From Spirochaetaceae bacterium (GTDB lineage: Bacteria > Spirochaetota > Spirochaetia > DSM-2461): a stretch of DNA of 64,000 bases. Position numbers and translations under genes: made by a program. Numbering within the stretch: position 1 is the first letter of the stretch; each line of letters starts with the position of its first letter. Where the stretch lies: assembly GCA_965224705.1 (NCBI GenBank), contig OZ245056.1:32001-96000 (forward strand). Direction: 5' to 3'. The notes under the pieces are model-generated. The model made no database searches, was not told the DNA's origin, and saw nothing but the letters and a program-made list of their open reading frames with translations. Of this stretch, positions 10,376 through 21,218 are shown one piece after another.

Positions 10376-11476
10376 TGAACCAGTCCACTGGACCAGCGAA
10401 GATAAGTATCAATGAATTGATCAATATCACCATCCAATACGGCCTGAATGTTACCTGTTTCATAGCGGGTTCTCAGGTCTTTTACCATGGTATAGGGGTG
10501 AAAAACATAGGAGCGAATCTGGCTCCCCCAGCCAATATCTTTTTTCTCAGCCGCATTGGATGCTCGTTTTTCACTCTGTTTCTGGCGATAAAACTCGTAA
10601 AGACGGGATTTCAGAACTTTCAAAGCTGTTCCTCGATTTTTCAGTTGACTTCTTTCATTCTGGCACTGCACAACTATGCCGGTTTCCAGATGAGTCATTC
10701 GGACAGCACTTGAAGTTTTATTGACATGCTGACCACCGGCTCCGGAAGCCCTGTAAGTATCGACTCGAATTTGCTCTGGTTTCACCTGTATCTCAATATC
10801 ATCTTCAAATACAGGAGAGACATAAACAGAGGCAAAAGTTGTATGTCTTCTATTGGCCGAATCAAATGGGCTTATCCGAACAAGACGATGTATGCCTCCC
10901 TCTCCTTTTAGAAACCCATGAGCATAGTCACCATCCACCTGAAAATCAACAGATTTTACTCCACCTTCCGCATCCTGAATATCCAGCAATGTCAGTGAAA
11001 AGCCACGCCGCTCTATCCAGCGGGCATACATTCTGTACAGCATGGATGCCCAGTCACAGGATTCAGTGCCGCCAGCACCAGAATGTATCGTAACGAAGGC
11101 TGATGCGGAATCAGTTTTTTCACTGAACAATTCCAGAATACTCAGATCATCATAAGCCAATGACACAGATTCAATGGCCTCAAGAATTTCCTTTTCCATA
11201 TCTTCATTCCCGGCCTCAACCGCCAGGTCGTAAAGAGCTATTGTATCTTCAAGTTCAGTAATGAGTTCATCCCATGGTTCATAGCGAGTTTTCAACTTTT
11301 TCAGCTCCGCCATTGTTTTCTCGGCAGACTCCCGGTTGGTCCAGAAATCGGAATCTGCTGATAGTAATTCAAGGCGTCTGGCTTCTTCTTTAAGCTTCAA
11401 AGAGTCAAAGATGACTCCAGGTTTCGCGAATATCATTTTCAAGTTTTTTTAGCAATGGGTTCAAATCATTCAGCAT
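10372..11476 (-). CDS. prfB: Peptide chain release factor 2, expressed via programmed +1 frameshift
   Basis: GGQ and SPF motifs; short first frame MLNDLNPLLKKLENDIRETWSHL from ATG 11476 ends in CTT TGA C. Confidence 0.95.
11404..11418 (-). promoter_or_regulatory. prfB +1 frameshift site (internal SD GGAG + CTT TGA C)
   Basis: Minus strand reads TGGAGTCAT CTTTGAC. Confidence 0.92.
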
Positions 11477-11503
11477 GTTTCAAGTACTCCTTATGTTGTT
11501 TTT

Positions 11504-13312
11504 CTATTTCCTTTTATCTGTGAGATCATTTAATTCACTCCATGCCTTCTCCTGCTGCTCTCGAGTAAGAATCTTTCCCTGTCGGGGAATTTTTTGATTT
11601 CTCTGCTTATTCCCGTTTCTGCCTGTAATCACTTCCTCCCGCTTCATAGTCTTCTTCACCGATGCAGGTTTTCGGGTTTTCCTGGCTGTCCTGGTTTTGA
11701 CCGGTTTTCTGGCTTTCCTGGGTGTTTTTTTCTCTTCCTGAATCACTTCCCGCTCTGAATCCTGATTCAATGGGCTATACCGATTCAGGTAGTTTTCATA
11801 TTGACCAGAGACTCTCATGAGGAATCGACGGATTAAGGACAGCTGTGAAAATGTTTGTTCAAATATCTGTGATAGATGGAGATTGAATAAATCATCGATT
11901 TCTTTGAATTTCACACTTCCCGGGACGAAGTACTTATCCAGCACACTTCTCAGCCGCTGCATTTCAGTATTCTTCAAGACCTTGGTACCATAGTGTATTA
12001 TCCCGTCAGCAACCAGACGCGGGGATGAATACAGAGAATTCATAACTTGATAGTTTTCAGCTATCCTCTGCTTAACTTCTGTCCTGAATACCCTCAGGGT
12101 TGAGAATACTGAGGCTTTCTTCCTGTTATTCGATCTCAGGACCAGAGAGAACTGCTTTAAATAGTATTTACGGAGTTCAGAAGAGACGACATCATGTTCA
12201 GTCTTAAACAACAAATACACGTTGTCACGGTAGATATATTTATTATCAAGTAAGATTACAGCAGGAAGACCAGATTTCGTGTTGGATTTCAGGAATCTCT
12301 CATCGAAGACCTGTCTTATATCTTCCCATTTCTCTTCATACGGCTTGAACAGATCATTGAAATCCTTACGTTCGACAAGAAAACCATCCTTTTTAGCTAT
12401 GGAGAGTAGAAGTTTTTTCATGACGCTGAGTTTTTCCTCTTCATCTTTCCGCATCGACTCCATTTCCGTCATTTGATTTTCTGTGAATGCTCTGATAATC
12501 CTTGCCGATCGAAACAACTCTATTGAAGTAGTAATCTTCTCTTCAGCCAGTCGTGTCCGATTTTCGATTAAGGTGTTCGTGAGCCGATTCCAGAAATCAT
12601 GTTCGTCCCTGGCAATAGACTGTTTAAACGCTGTTTCCAGTACACCCATCATTCGCGAAACAGCAGACTGTAGACTTGAATCCTTCTGAATTGTCTGACG
12701 AATCCTGACTCTGGAAACATCCATCATAACTGGAAGAGATGCCGGTGTAATAATAATACTGCAATTCTTGCCGGTATCAATCTTGAAGATTACAACACTG
12801 TTTTTATACGTATTCACAAGATCCGTTGTGATATCGGTAAGAGGCAGCTGCTGCAGGAGTTCGACTGGAAGTTTGTGTTTTTTACCAAAGTCCTCAACAG
12901 TCGGGAATGGCTCGGCACCTGACAGCTTGATGTTTTTCCAGGTGTTTTCAATAAGCCAGTACCAGAATCGGGGAGAATTTACCCCGGTCAGTATGACTCG
13001 AGAATTCTCCAGTCTCCCATTACTGATACTCTTCTCCAATATCCCGCATCTGCCTGCCTGTAGAAATTCCATAAGAGATTCAAGGGTCTCAGCAACCGAT
13101 GGAACCTTTCCTTCCAGTAAGGAAACCAGCTTCTTAAAAGATATTTCCGGCTCCAGCAAATCACAGATTTCAGAGAAGAGGATTCTTGGGTGATCGGCAA
13201 TCGTTCCAAGCTGAAACAAGAAGCCATCTCTGTCTTTCGGATCCATCTGAAGGTAGGAAGGGGTTTCGGGCTGGTTGAGTATGAGTGCATTATCACTTAT
13301 TTGATCGGCCAT
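11504..13312 (-). CDS. Hypothetical protein (602 aa, Lys/Arg-rich C-terminus)
   Basis: Long ORF with AGGAGG RBS; no motif recognised. Confidence 0.8.
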   Translation of the reverse strand: MADQISDNALILNQPETPSYLQMDPKDRDGFLFQLGTIADHPRILFSEICDLLEPEISFKKLVSLLEGKVPSVAETLESLMEFLQAGRCGILEKSISNGRLENSRVILTGVNSPRFWYWLIENTWKNIKLSGAEPFPTVEDFGKKHKLPVELLQQLPLTDITTDLVNTYKNSVVIFKIDTGKNCSIIITPASLPVMMDVSRVRIRQTIQKDSSLQSAVSRMMGVLETAFKQSIARDEHDFWNRLTNTLIENRTRLAEEKITTSIELFRSARIIRAFTENQMTEMESMRKDEEEKLSVMKKLLLSIAKKDGFLVERKDFNDLFKPYEEKWEDIRQVFDERFLKSNTKSGLPAVILLDNKYIYRDNVYLLFKTEHDVVSSELRKYYLKQFSLVLRSNNRKKASVFSTLRVFRTEVKQRIAENYQVMNSLYSSPRLVADGIIHYGTKVLKNTEMQRLRSVLDKYFVPGSVKFKEIDDLFNLHLSQIFEQTFSQLSLIRRFLMRVSGQYENYLNRYSPLNQDSEREVIQEEKKTPRKARKPVKTRTARKTRKPASVKKTMKREEVITGRNGNKQRNQKIPRQGKILTREQQEKAWSELNDLTDKRK

Positions 13313-13421
13313 TATCCCTCCTATGCCTGTTTCGAGACCTGAAGTGAGGTATGAAGTGAATGAGAGTTCTCAATAATACCATAACTCCGAGAAAAAAAAG
13401 GACTGAAACCAGGGCCTTCAT
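13293..13421 (-). CDS. Possible 42-aa small membrane protein
   Basis: MKALVSVLFFLGVMVLLRTLIHFIPHFRSRNRHRRDNGRSNK; one TM plus basic tail; fills the intergenic gap. Confidence 0.3.
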   Translation of the reverse strand: MKALVSVLFFLGVMVLLRTLIHFIPHFRSRNRHRRDNGRSNK

Positions 13422-13440
13422 TATGATTCAGTATACGCAA

Positions 13441-15585
13441 TTAGAAGGGCTTTGGCAACGAAATTTTCCAGCACCGATGACTGTGCGATTGCAGAACGAA
13501 ATCCGGATGCAGGGTTTCTCTGGTAATATCGACAACATGGTAATCTTTCCCTATTGAAGAATCCAATACGAACTTCCTCAAATTCACAGAAAAAAGAACC
13601 GACCCGGAAGGATTAAGGCGGGATGCGGCCAGCCTGATGATCTCAGAATGATGCCTTTGAACTGACCAGTCTTCCCGGCCGGCTCCAGTGGAGTACGAGG
13701 GAGGATCTATAAGTATCAAATCAAATTTGTCCAGAGGCCTCCTCAGCCAGGACAATGCATCAGAACAGACCAGCTTATGCCTGTCACCTGCAACCCTGTT
13801 AAGCTTAAGATTGTCATGGCACCAGTCAAGATAGGTGTTGGAAACATCGACACTGACTGTAGAAACAGCTCCTCCCAGGGCTGCCATGACGGTAAATGTA
13901 CCCGTATATGAGAATAGATTGAGGAATTTTCCATGCCCAATCGTCCTCCTGACAAGTTCTCTGGTTGGCCTGTGGTCAAGAAAAATGCCCGTATCCAGAT
14001 AATCAGTCAGATTGACAAAGAACCGTGCCTGATTCTCATTGACGATGATACGATTGCCTTTATTCCTATGGCTGGACCGTACACCTCTTCTCCAGGTCTT
14101 AAGAAAAATATCCGCATCGCTGCAGCCGGTAAGCTCTTTTAGAACACTCAGAAAGGTTTCCATACGCAGTTGGGACGTTTTCCCTGGAATTCCATCGGGT
14201 GCGGCAAACTCCTGAACATGAAACCAGCGATTCTCATAGCAATCCACGGCTATATTGTATTCAGGTATATTGGAATCCCATATTCTATAGCAGGTTATAC
14301 CGCTTTTATCAGCCCATTTCTTCAATGCCCCAATGCTTCGCTGCAGAGCTGTTCGCAGTGCAGCTTCTTTGGAGTCTATGACTGGTTTGCTGCGGACAGT
14401 GGTTTTCTTCTCTCTTTTTACGGGTATGGATTGTTTTTTCGAAGCAAATTTATCGTAAACACCCAGCACCAGATCCATGCCGCCGCTGACTGTCGGACAG
14501 TATTTACTGGGTTTCAGACAGCTTGAGGATGCTGTTTTCCGGTCCGGTGCCAGAAGTGCCAGATGCCAGTCCGTGTCCATGGTACGAAACAATTCTCCGA
14601 TAGACGCATAAATAGGTGATGGGTCCGAATTGTCACGATGCCCGTAAGGAGGGTCGGCACAGATGAGTCCATTTCTGGTGTTCGGCCAGAAATCTGGTCT
14701 TCCCTTTCTTACATCGTGGGTTTGCAGACGTATCAGAGATCCCAGTCCAGTACGCCGAAGATTGTTGCCGGAGACTCTGATGGCATGGGGATCAATATCG
14801 AAACCCATAATCATGGGCAGGTGTTCCAGGGCGTTGCCAAATTGGATCTGGGCTCTGGTCAATATGTTTCGCCACAATGCTTCATCGTGATTTTTGAAGT
14901 ATGAGAATCCCCAGTTTTTGCGATGGATGCCCGGAGCGGCATCAGCAGCAATCATGGCGGCTTCAGCGAGAAGAGTACCGCTGCCGCAGACCGGGTCAAC
15001 AAAAGAGCCGCCGTCATCAGCTATTTCCTTCCATTCGGCCATAGCCAGAATTGCTGCAGCGGTTGTTTCTCTCAGAGCTGTATCTGATTGTTCCAGACGA
15101 TATCCGCGCTCATGTAATGGGGGGCCGCTCCAGTTCAGATAGATGACAGCTTCATATCCATCCCAGCGGGCCTCGACACGTACATCAGGATTCCGTTTAT
15201 CGACAAAGGGCCTTGTGCCGCATTTCTTCACGAACCGATCGGCTATGGCATCTTTGAGTCTCAATACTGAGAATCGAGGATCATGCTGCCTGGGGACTCC
15301 GGTAACACGGCATGCAATACTGACTGAGGGCAGGAATTTCTCCTCCCAGGGGATGTCTGCGGCAATCCAATAGAGCTCATCGGCGGTTTTAGCCCTGCCC
15401 CTGCCCATCTCCAGCAGAAGACGTGATGCTGTCCGCAGGGACAGTGAGGATTCATAGGCAATCGGCAGGTCGGCATCAAATCCAACTCCATGGGAACCGG
15501 ACTGCAATCCTCCTGCTCTCAGTTCCCTCAACTCTCTGTACAGGTATTTTTCAGCTCCCGGAGGGCAGGGGGCAAAGAATCTCAA
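13441..15585 (-). CDS. rlmKL: Bifunctional 23S rRNA methyltransferase RlmKL
   Basis: THUMP domain, LHERGYR, DPVCGSGT, DYLDTGIFLDHR, LNLFSYTG, DPPS. Confidence 0.92.
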   Translation of the reverse strand: MRFFAPCPPGAEKYLYRELRELRAGGLQSGSHGVGFDADLPIAYESSLSLRTASRLLLEMGRGRAKTADELYWIAADIPWEEKFLPSVSIACRVTGVPRQHDPRFSVLRLKDAIADRFVKKCGTRPFVDKRNPDVRVEARWDGYEAVIYLNWSGPPLHERGYRLEQSDTALRETTAAAILAMAEWKEIADDGGSFVDPVCGSGTLLAEAAMIAADAAPGIHRKNWGFSYFKNHDEALWRNILTRAQIQFGNALEHLPMIMGFDIDPHAIRVSGNNLRRTGLGSLIRLQTHDVRKGRPDFWPNTRNGLICADPPYGHRDNSDPSPIYASIGELFRTMDTDWHLALLAPDRKTASSSCLKPSKYCPTVSGGMDLVLGVYDKFASKKQSIPVKREKKTTVRSKPVIDSKEAALRTALQRSIGALKKWADKSGITCYRIWDSNIPEYNIAVDCYENRWFHVQEFAAPDGIPGKTSQLRMETFLSVLKELTGCSDADIFLKTWRRGVRSSHRNKGNRIIVNENQARFFVNLTDYLDTGIFLDHRPTRELVRRTIGHGKFLNLFSYTGTFTVMAALGGAVSTVSVDVSNTYLDWCHDNLKLNRVAGDRHKLVCSDALSWLRRPLDKFDLILIDPPSYSTGAGREDWSVQRHHSEIIRLAASRLNPSGSVLFSVNLRKFVLDSSIGKDYHVVDITRETLHPDFVLQSHSHRCWKISLPKPF

Positions 15586-18500
15586 TCACTTCTCCAGATA
15601 GAATTCCACCCGTCTGTTACGCCATCTTTCTTCAACATCTCCGTGAGGTACGATTGGTTTGCTTCCTCCGATCCCAATTGCGGTAAGACGATTGGATATT
15701 ATTCCCCGATTTGATAATTCTCTGACAACAGTCTCAGCACGATTTTTTGACAATGGAACCAAAATACTGTCCTGTTCCCTCTTTGCGGCTGCTGGATTGT
15801 CCCACTTCAAACTGACAGCATGTCCCTCAACAATGATTCTGTATCGTCCATATTTCTTCATGATTTCCGCCAGTCTGTCGAGGACCTTAATATTCTTCCT
15901 TCCCTCATCTCCCGTGATAGTTAACCGGGGTGAGCTGGGCTGGAAGGTCATGTTATTTATACGAATCTTCAGCCTGTTCCCTTCCCGTACAACCAGAACA
16001 TCCACAGGAATAAATCCCTCGCTGCTGGCTGTATGACCCAGAATATCGGTGACTTCAAAGGTATATGGATAATCTTCGGCCGATTCGACCAATTCCCCCT
16101 TGCCGCTGCGGCCATCCCATATTATACGTTCCGAAGGTCTGCCGCGGCCGGAGAAACTTATGTAATTCCTTTTACGGGGATCCAGTATATTGAAACTCCA
16201 CTCGCTGATGCGTGAACTGTCTTCCACCAGAAAACCAATGACAACCTCATCGTCAACATTGTCATCATCAGGGCTGAATGGCTGTGGATTGATTGTAACT
16301 TCCAGATGAGGAGGAGAGCCATCCGATACAAAGGCCCGGGACTCAGCTCGAGGTTTTGTGCCCTTTGCATAGTGAACAGTGAGAACACCCTTGAAAACTC
16401 CCTCAACTGGTTTTCCCCGGGCATCAGTGCCGTCCCATTCAAATCGGCCCGGTACTGCATCCTCACCCGATTGGGAAACAATTGTCTGTTCTTCAGCGTC
16501 TTCAATAGAAAAGACCCATGAATCTATGCCTGCCGTGTTTGGAACAACGGATACAAAGGACTGAAATTTCTCCTCATCCGTTTCTCCGGCTTTGACGTAA
16601 CCTTCCTTTGCAGTGAGATATACCGGTGTCGGTTTCGTATCAATCTGTAAGTTTTCAATCCTTCGAGTGGTTTCATTACCCGCCCTGTCAGTTCCTGTTA
16701 TAACATAGCTGTAAACTCCATCAGGCAGAGAATTACCGGATACATCTGTTCCATCCCAATCAATTGATTTCAGGGAATCTGACCACAGCCAGGAACGGAC
16801 GGTTTCTCCTTTTTCATCACGGAGGTAGGCTTCAAATCTCTCTTCCTCTGAAGACTGCTGCAGGATTTCAAGCACATCCTTTTCCCCATCTCCATCCGGA
16901 CTGAACAGTGGGTCCCTGACAGACACCTCAATGAATGGCGACTCAGTATCAACAGTCAGACTGCCTGTACTTGCAGAAGCTGATGTACCTTTGACATAGT
17001 TGACTGTCAGGTTTCCTGTGTAGTCACCATCATCCACACGGGTTCCCGAACGGCTGCGGCCATTCCATATCTGTTGATCCGGTAATGCTCCTTCACCAGT
17101 CCAGTTCATGACTGTGTTGCCCCTGGAATCGACAATACTGAGATTCCAGCCTGCTACTGGTGAATCGTCCTGAGCCGAAAGGAAGAAGCTCACCTCATCC
17201 TTCTGGCCATTACCTGTTGGACCAAATACATCCAGAGAAGCCGTGAGGGATGCCTTAACGGATCGAGTATCCACTTTGACCGATACAGGAGAAGACTGAC
17301 CGGTATTACCGGCTTCATCCGTTGAAAATAGAACATAGGTGTATTCGCCATCGGCAACTAAACGGCCTGTTGAACTGCGTCCATCCCAGACCAGAGATGT
17401 ATCAGCCACTTCAATCCATGACCATTCGTTCACGATATCACCCTGGCTGTTTCGAATGGTTCCCTTCCATGTTTTCTCCGGCGAAGAATCCTGTTTAAAT
17501 GTAACACGATCTCTATGACTTCCTTCTTGAGGAGAAAACACGTTCCAATTGGCCCTGACACTTGCCTGGGGCGGAGTTCTATCGATTACAAACCCTGGTG
17601 AACTTGTCTCTGAGATGTAGCCGTTATCATACTCAAGTCTCAGACGTCCGAAGTACTCGCCTTCCTCTAAAGGCTGTCGGGCATTATTCATGCCATCCAG
17701 TCTGAGTTCTTCTGGAATTGGACTGGAGCCAGTCCTGGTCCATGAGCGGTCAGATTCACCGTTCACCCCGACAATGTCCACACTCCAGTCAACTATGCCT
17801 GAAATCAGAGAGACTTCAGGAGTCAGAGTCAGGGTGGAGAAGCGGCTTGCAGTTCCCGGAGAAAAAACTGCCCTATCTATGGATAAACCAATCTCCGGCC
17901 TTTTTGTGTCAATAATGATCCCTTCGATGGATCCCATTGTTGCATTACCGGCTTCATCGGTTGATTGCACGATATAACGGTAAACACCGTCCAGAATTGC
18001 AGAACCCTCATCACTCCTGCCATCCCAATCCAGAACTTCCGGAGAGGAGCCAGACCATGTCCAGGTTCTCACTGAATTCCCAGCAGCATCCTGGAATTCA
18101 GCTTCCCAGCGATACTCCTGGCTGCCCTCCTGTTGAACAGGAAAGGAATCCTTCAAACCATCTCCATCAGGCGAAAAGATCAGATCCAGACCTTCAACGA
18201 CTTGAAGTTTAAGTTCCGGAGCCGCTGTGTCCAGAACGATTGGAATTGATTCGGACAATGCTGAGTTATTATTGTCATCACTGAATTGAAGAGAAACTGC
18301 ATACTGCCCATCTGCAGCGGTGGTGCCGGCATCTGTAATACCATCCCATCTTAAAACCTCCGGCAGCGGAATGCCTGTTCTGGGGGCAATAAGTCTTGTC
18401 CAGAGATTCTGAACCGACTCATTCTCGGGTCTTTCTTCCTTATTCACAAATGTGCGGACAGGATTGCCCCCCGAATCAACAATCTGCCATTTATACGTGG

Positions 18501-19605
18501 TTATAAAACGTTCATCTTTCACCTTATATGGAAGAATGAGTTCATCCTGAACTCCATCATAGTTGGGGGAAACATACTGAATCTCGTCACTCTCCATGGT
18601 TATCACCGGAGGATTCGTATCCTTTACACCGAATGGAAGCATCACACCGCCGCCAAATCCCCATATTCCTGCATAAAGAGGTGATGCAGCAGCTTGAATA
18701 TCAAGTTCAGAAGTTTGAATCTTCCTCTCCTTGCCTGCTTTTCCAAGAGCAAAATTCAGACCAAATGTGACCGATGGAATGAGTGTATTCAATGAGCCGG
18801 AGATTGCATCCCGAATCGTCAGCGAAGAAGATACTGAAAATCTGGCTGACTGGCCCAAATAGAGGTCACCTGCGACACCTAACCAGAGATCGGTTACAGA
18901 GGGAAGACGCAGGTCGGTGCGCACGGCCAATCTTGTCTTCTCACCATTAAGAAGGTCTAATGCAAAACCGACGGCAGGCGTAATATTGCCCGGTATTGCA
19001 TTGAAATATCCCCGGGATGAACTGCCAAAACGGTAGCCTACACCTGTAATGCTTCCGCCCCAGGAGAAATTCTTCAATCCCCATATATCGTCTGGAATGT
19101 GCAGGAATCCAACATTCAAAGCGGCACCGCCTTGAATAGTACCGTCAAGTTGACCAAGATCTCCCACCAGGCCAATCCCGAACCATAAATCTGAGTAGAT
19201 GGCCTTGGAAAAGGCGGCACTGAGGTAGGCTGACGTACCCAGATCCATTTCAGTTTCTTCATAGGCCTTTGTATCCAGAAAACCCATCGTTGTGCTTATC
19301 ACACCACGACGGACAGGGATGGAAATTCCTATATTGGCAGAATGACCCATTCCCTTCACAGTATCCAACCCCTGAAGGTTGATGTAATTGAGATCCAGGA
19401 CTGTTCGCTGAAATCCCGCAGCGACCGCCGGGTTTAGAAGTATTCCATGCTGCGTTTCTGTCCGGGTAATATGGGCCCCACCACCAAGGTAGAATGGGGA
19501 TAGTAAACGGTACCGAAGCTCACCAGCTGATGGAGGCGGTGATTGACCGGCAGCCAATACTGAGAATACTACTGTGATAACGAGAAATAAAGTTATGTGT
19601 TTCAT
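15586..19605 (-). CDS. Large exported protein: N-terminal beta-rich domain, about 8 FlgD-Ig-like repeats, C-terminal OmpA peptidoglycan-binding domain
   Basis: Signal peptide; repeated FSPxxDG / WDG...DGxY units; C-terminal LSKNRAETV...NRRVEF. Confidence 0.85.
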   Translation of the reverse strand: MKHITLFLVITVVFSVLAAGQSPPPSAGELRYRLLSPFYLGGGAHITRTETQHGILLNPAVAAGFQRTVLDLNYINLQGLDTVKGMGHSANIGISIPVRRGVISTTMGFLDTKAYEETEMDLGTSAYLSAAFSKAIYSDLWFGIGLVGDLGQLDGTIQGGAALNVGFLHIPDDIWGLKNFSWGGSITGVGYRFGSSSRGYFNAIPGNITPAVGFALDLLNGEKTRLAVRTDLRLPSVTDLWLGVAGDLYLGQSARFSVSSSLTIRDAISGSLNTLIPSVTFGLNFALGKAGKERKIQTSELDIQAAASPLYAGIWGFGGGVMLPFGVKDTNPPVITMESDEIQYVSPNYDGVQDELILPYKVKDERFITTYKWQIVDSGGNPVRTFVNKEERPENESVQNLWTRLIAPRTGIPLPEVLRWDGITDAGTTAADGQYAVSLQFSDDNNNSALSESIPIVLDTAAPELKLQVVEGLDLIFSPDGDGLKDSFPVQQEGSQEYRWEAEFQDAAGNSVRTWTWSGSSPEVLDWDGRSDEGSAILDGVYRYIVQSTDEAGNATMGSIEGIIIDTKRPEIGLSIDRAVFSPGTASRFSTLTLTPEVSLISGIVDWSVDIVGVNGESDRSWTRTGSSPIPEELRLDGMNNARQPLEEGEYFGRLRLEYDNGYISETSSPGFVIDRTPPQASVRANWNVFSPQEGSHRDRVTFKQDSSPEKTWKGTIRNSQGDIVNEWSWIEVADTSLVWDGRSSTGRLVADGEYTYVLFSTDEAGNTGQSSPVSVKVDTRSVKASLTASLDVFGPTGNGQKDEVSFFLSAQDDSPVAGWNLSIVDSRGNTVMNWTGEGALPDQQIWNGRSRSGTRVDDGDYTGNLTVNYVKGTSASASTGSLTVDTESPFIEVSVRDPLFSPDGDGEKDVLEILQQSSEEERFEAYLRDEKGETVRSWLWSDSLKSIDWDGTDVSGNSLPDGVYSYVITGTDRAGNETTRRIENLQIDTKPTPVYLTAKEGYVKAGETDEEKFQSFVSVVPNTAGIDSWVFSIEDAEEQTIVSQSGEDAVPGRFEWDGTDARGKPVEGVFKGVLTVHYAKGTKPRAESRAFVSDGSPPHLEVTINPQPFSPDDDNVDDEVVIGFLVEDSSRISEWSFNILDPRKRNYISFSGRGRPSERIIWDGRSGKGELVESAEDYPYTFEVTDILGHTASSEGFIPVDVLVVREGNRLKIRINNMTFQPSSPRLTITGDEGRKNIKVLDRLAEIMKKYGRYRIIVEGHAVSLKWDNPAAAKREQDSILVPLSKNRAETVVRELSNRGIISNRLTAIGIGGSKPIVPHGDVEERWRNRRVEFYLEK

Positions 19606-19629
19606 ATAATTATCCTCAAAGGAAGGGGA

Positions 19630-20082
19630 TTACAGTTTCAATACGTGCTTGATTGACTCAAGGTTTAATCGAAATGAAGAACCTCGGCCTTCCAAGAATC
19701 CATGAACTTCCAGCAGATGAATTGAAAGATCTGTGTAGAATACTTTTTCTCCAGTATCCTTACGTTCAATAGTGACATTTATCTTCCTGGAAATTGAATC
19801 TTCCCAGGGGCAGGCAAGATGTCCCCTTGCCTCATCAGTCTTAACCAGCCATTCTTCTTCAACTGTTATTGGTTCTCCCAATCCCTTCCGTCCTTCTTCC
19901 ATGAAGTGTTGAAGTTTTTTACTGATCTCCACTCTGTCCAGTCCCAGCCGCTGCAGAATCTGTGCATCCTCATCAATGATGGTGGAAAGGTTCCGCTTAT
20001 CGGGGCCAAGAAAGCCTTCCGCTGTGATCACACCTGCCGCCATGTTGGATTGGGCCTTGATCAATTCCTGTGTCATTTTCAT
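19630..20082 (-). CDS. Hypothetical protein at the end of the nqr/rnf-like operon
   Basis: 11 bp after the nqrF-like stop, own RBS; GHLACPW and HLLEVHGF motifs. Confidence 0.75.
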   Translation of the reverse strand: MKMTQELIKAQSNMAAGVITAEGFLGPDKRNLSTIIDEDAQILQRLGLDRVEISKKLQHFMEEGRKGLGEPITVEEEWLVKTDEARGHLACPWEDSISRKINVTIERKDTGEKVFYTDLSIHLLEVHGFLEGRGSSFRLNLESIKHVLKL

Positions 20083-20093
20083 ATTTGCCCCCC

Positions 20094-21209
20094 CTATGCA
20101 AACTTATCATAGTATATATTGTCCTGGATGATACCATTATCATTCATTACTCGATTACAGGCATCAATCATACCAGGGCTGCCGCAAAGATAGCCCTCCA
20201 GTTTCTTTCCTTCTGAATCTATATGATCTTTGAGATAGGTATCAAGAACTTCCGTGATCAGGCCTGTTGGACCATCCCAGCCATCCCCCTCTTCCGGTTC
20301 AGAGAGGGCCGGAACAAAGTGATAATTTGGGAGTTTACTTTCCAGTTCCTTCATCTCATCAAGATAGAACATATCTCTGGTTGTTCTGGCTCCAAAGAAA
20401 TACCAGACTTCACGATTTGTCTCTCCTTTTTCAACCATATCGTACAGCATGGATTTAAAAGGAGCCATACCGGATCCTCCGGCAATGCAAAGCATGACAG
20501 AATCTCCTTCTGTACGTTTGAAGTCACCAAATGGACCGACGAGCTGCATTCCCTGCCCTTCCTGGAGGAACTCATGAACATAGGTCGTGGCAATTCCGCC
20601 AGGTACCAGCCGGACAAGAACTTCAATTTTAGTAGTGGTGGAGGGACAGGATGACATGGAATACGCCCGTTGAGTGGTTCCTTTTATTTTATTGTAGGGA
20701 GGAATGACCAACTGAACATATTTGCCGGATTCAAATTCCACTGTTTCGCCGTTCAAGTCAAAAAGGACTTCCTTTATATCATAGGTAACATCTTTGATTG
20801 AAAGCACCGTGGCATCAAACTGTTTGACATTGAATAAATCCTCATCGATTTCAATGCCCATGTTGTCCTTTACCTTGATTTGACAGGCCAGTCGAACGTT
20901 CTCTTTCTGTTCTTCAAGCGTAAGATATGGTGTTTCAGTAGGCAGATACGGGCCAATATCTGTTACAACCCTGCATTTACAGGCCCCGCAGCTTCCCCTG
21001 CCCCCGCAGGCTGAGGGCAGATAGAGTCCTTCGGCAGAAAGTGTGATTAGAAGCGGGGCACCGCCCTTGACCGTCATATCCTTCCTGCCGCCGTTGATAT
21101 CAATATTGACATCGCCGTAATTGTTTGCAACCAGATCAACAACTGTAATGAGGGCGGCCATGACACCGGCAATAGCGCCAATAGCCAGGGGTGCAATTAA
21201 ATAGCTCAT
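20094..21209 (-). CDS. nqrF: NqrF-like NADH:acceptor oxidoreductase (N-terminal TM, [2Fe-2S], FAD, NAD-binding)
   Basis: SACGGRGSCGACKC...RLACQ, RAYSMSS, GGSGMAP, YLCGSPGM, C-terminal DKF. Confidence 0.85.
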   Translation of the reverse strand: MSYLIAPLAIGAIAGVMAALITVVDLVANNYGDVNIDINGGRKDMTVKGGAPLLITLSAEGLYLPSACGGRGSCGACKCRVVTDIGPYLPTETPYLTLEEQKENVRLACQIKVKDNMGIEIDEDLFNVKQFDATVLSIKDVTYDIKEVLFDLNGETVEFESGKYVQLVIPPYNKIKGTTQRAYSMSSCPSTTTKIEVLVRLVPGGIATTYVHEFLQEGQGMQLVGPFGDFKRTEGDSVMLCIAGGSGMAPFKSMLYDMVEKGETNREVWYFFGARTTRDMFYLDEMKELESKLPNYHFVPALSEPEEGDGWDGPTGLITEVLDTYLKDHIDSEGKKLEGYLCGSPGMIDACNRVMNDNGIIQDNIYYDKFA

Positions 21210-21218
21210 AAGTCCTCC

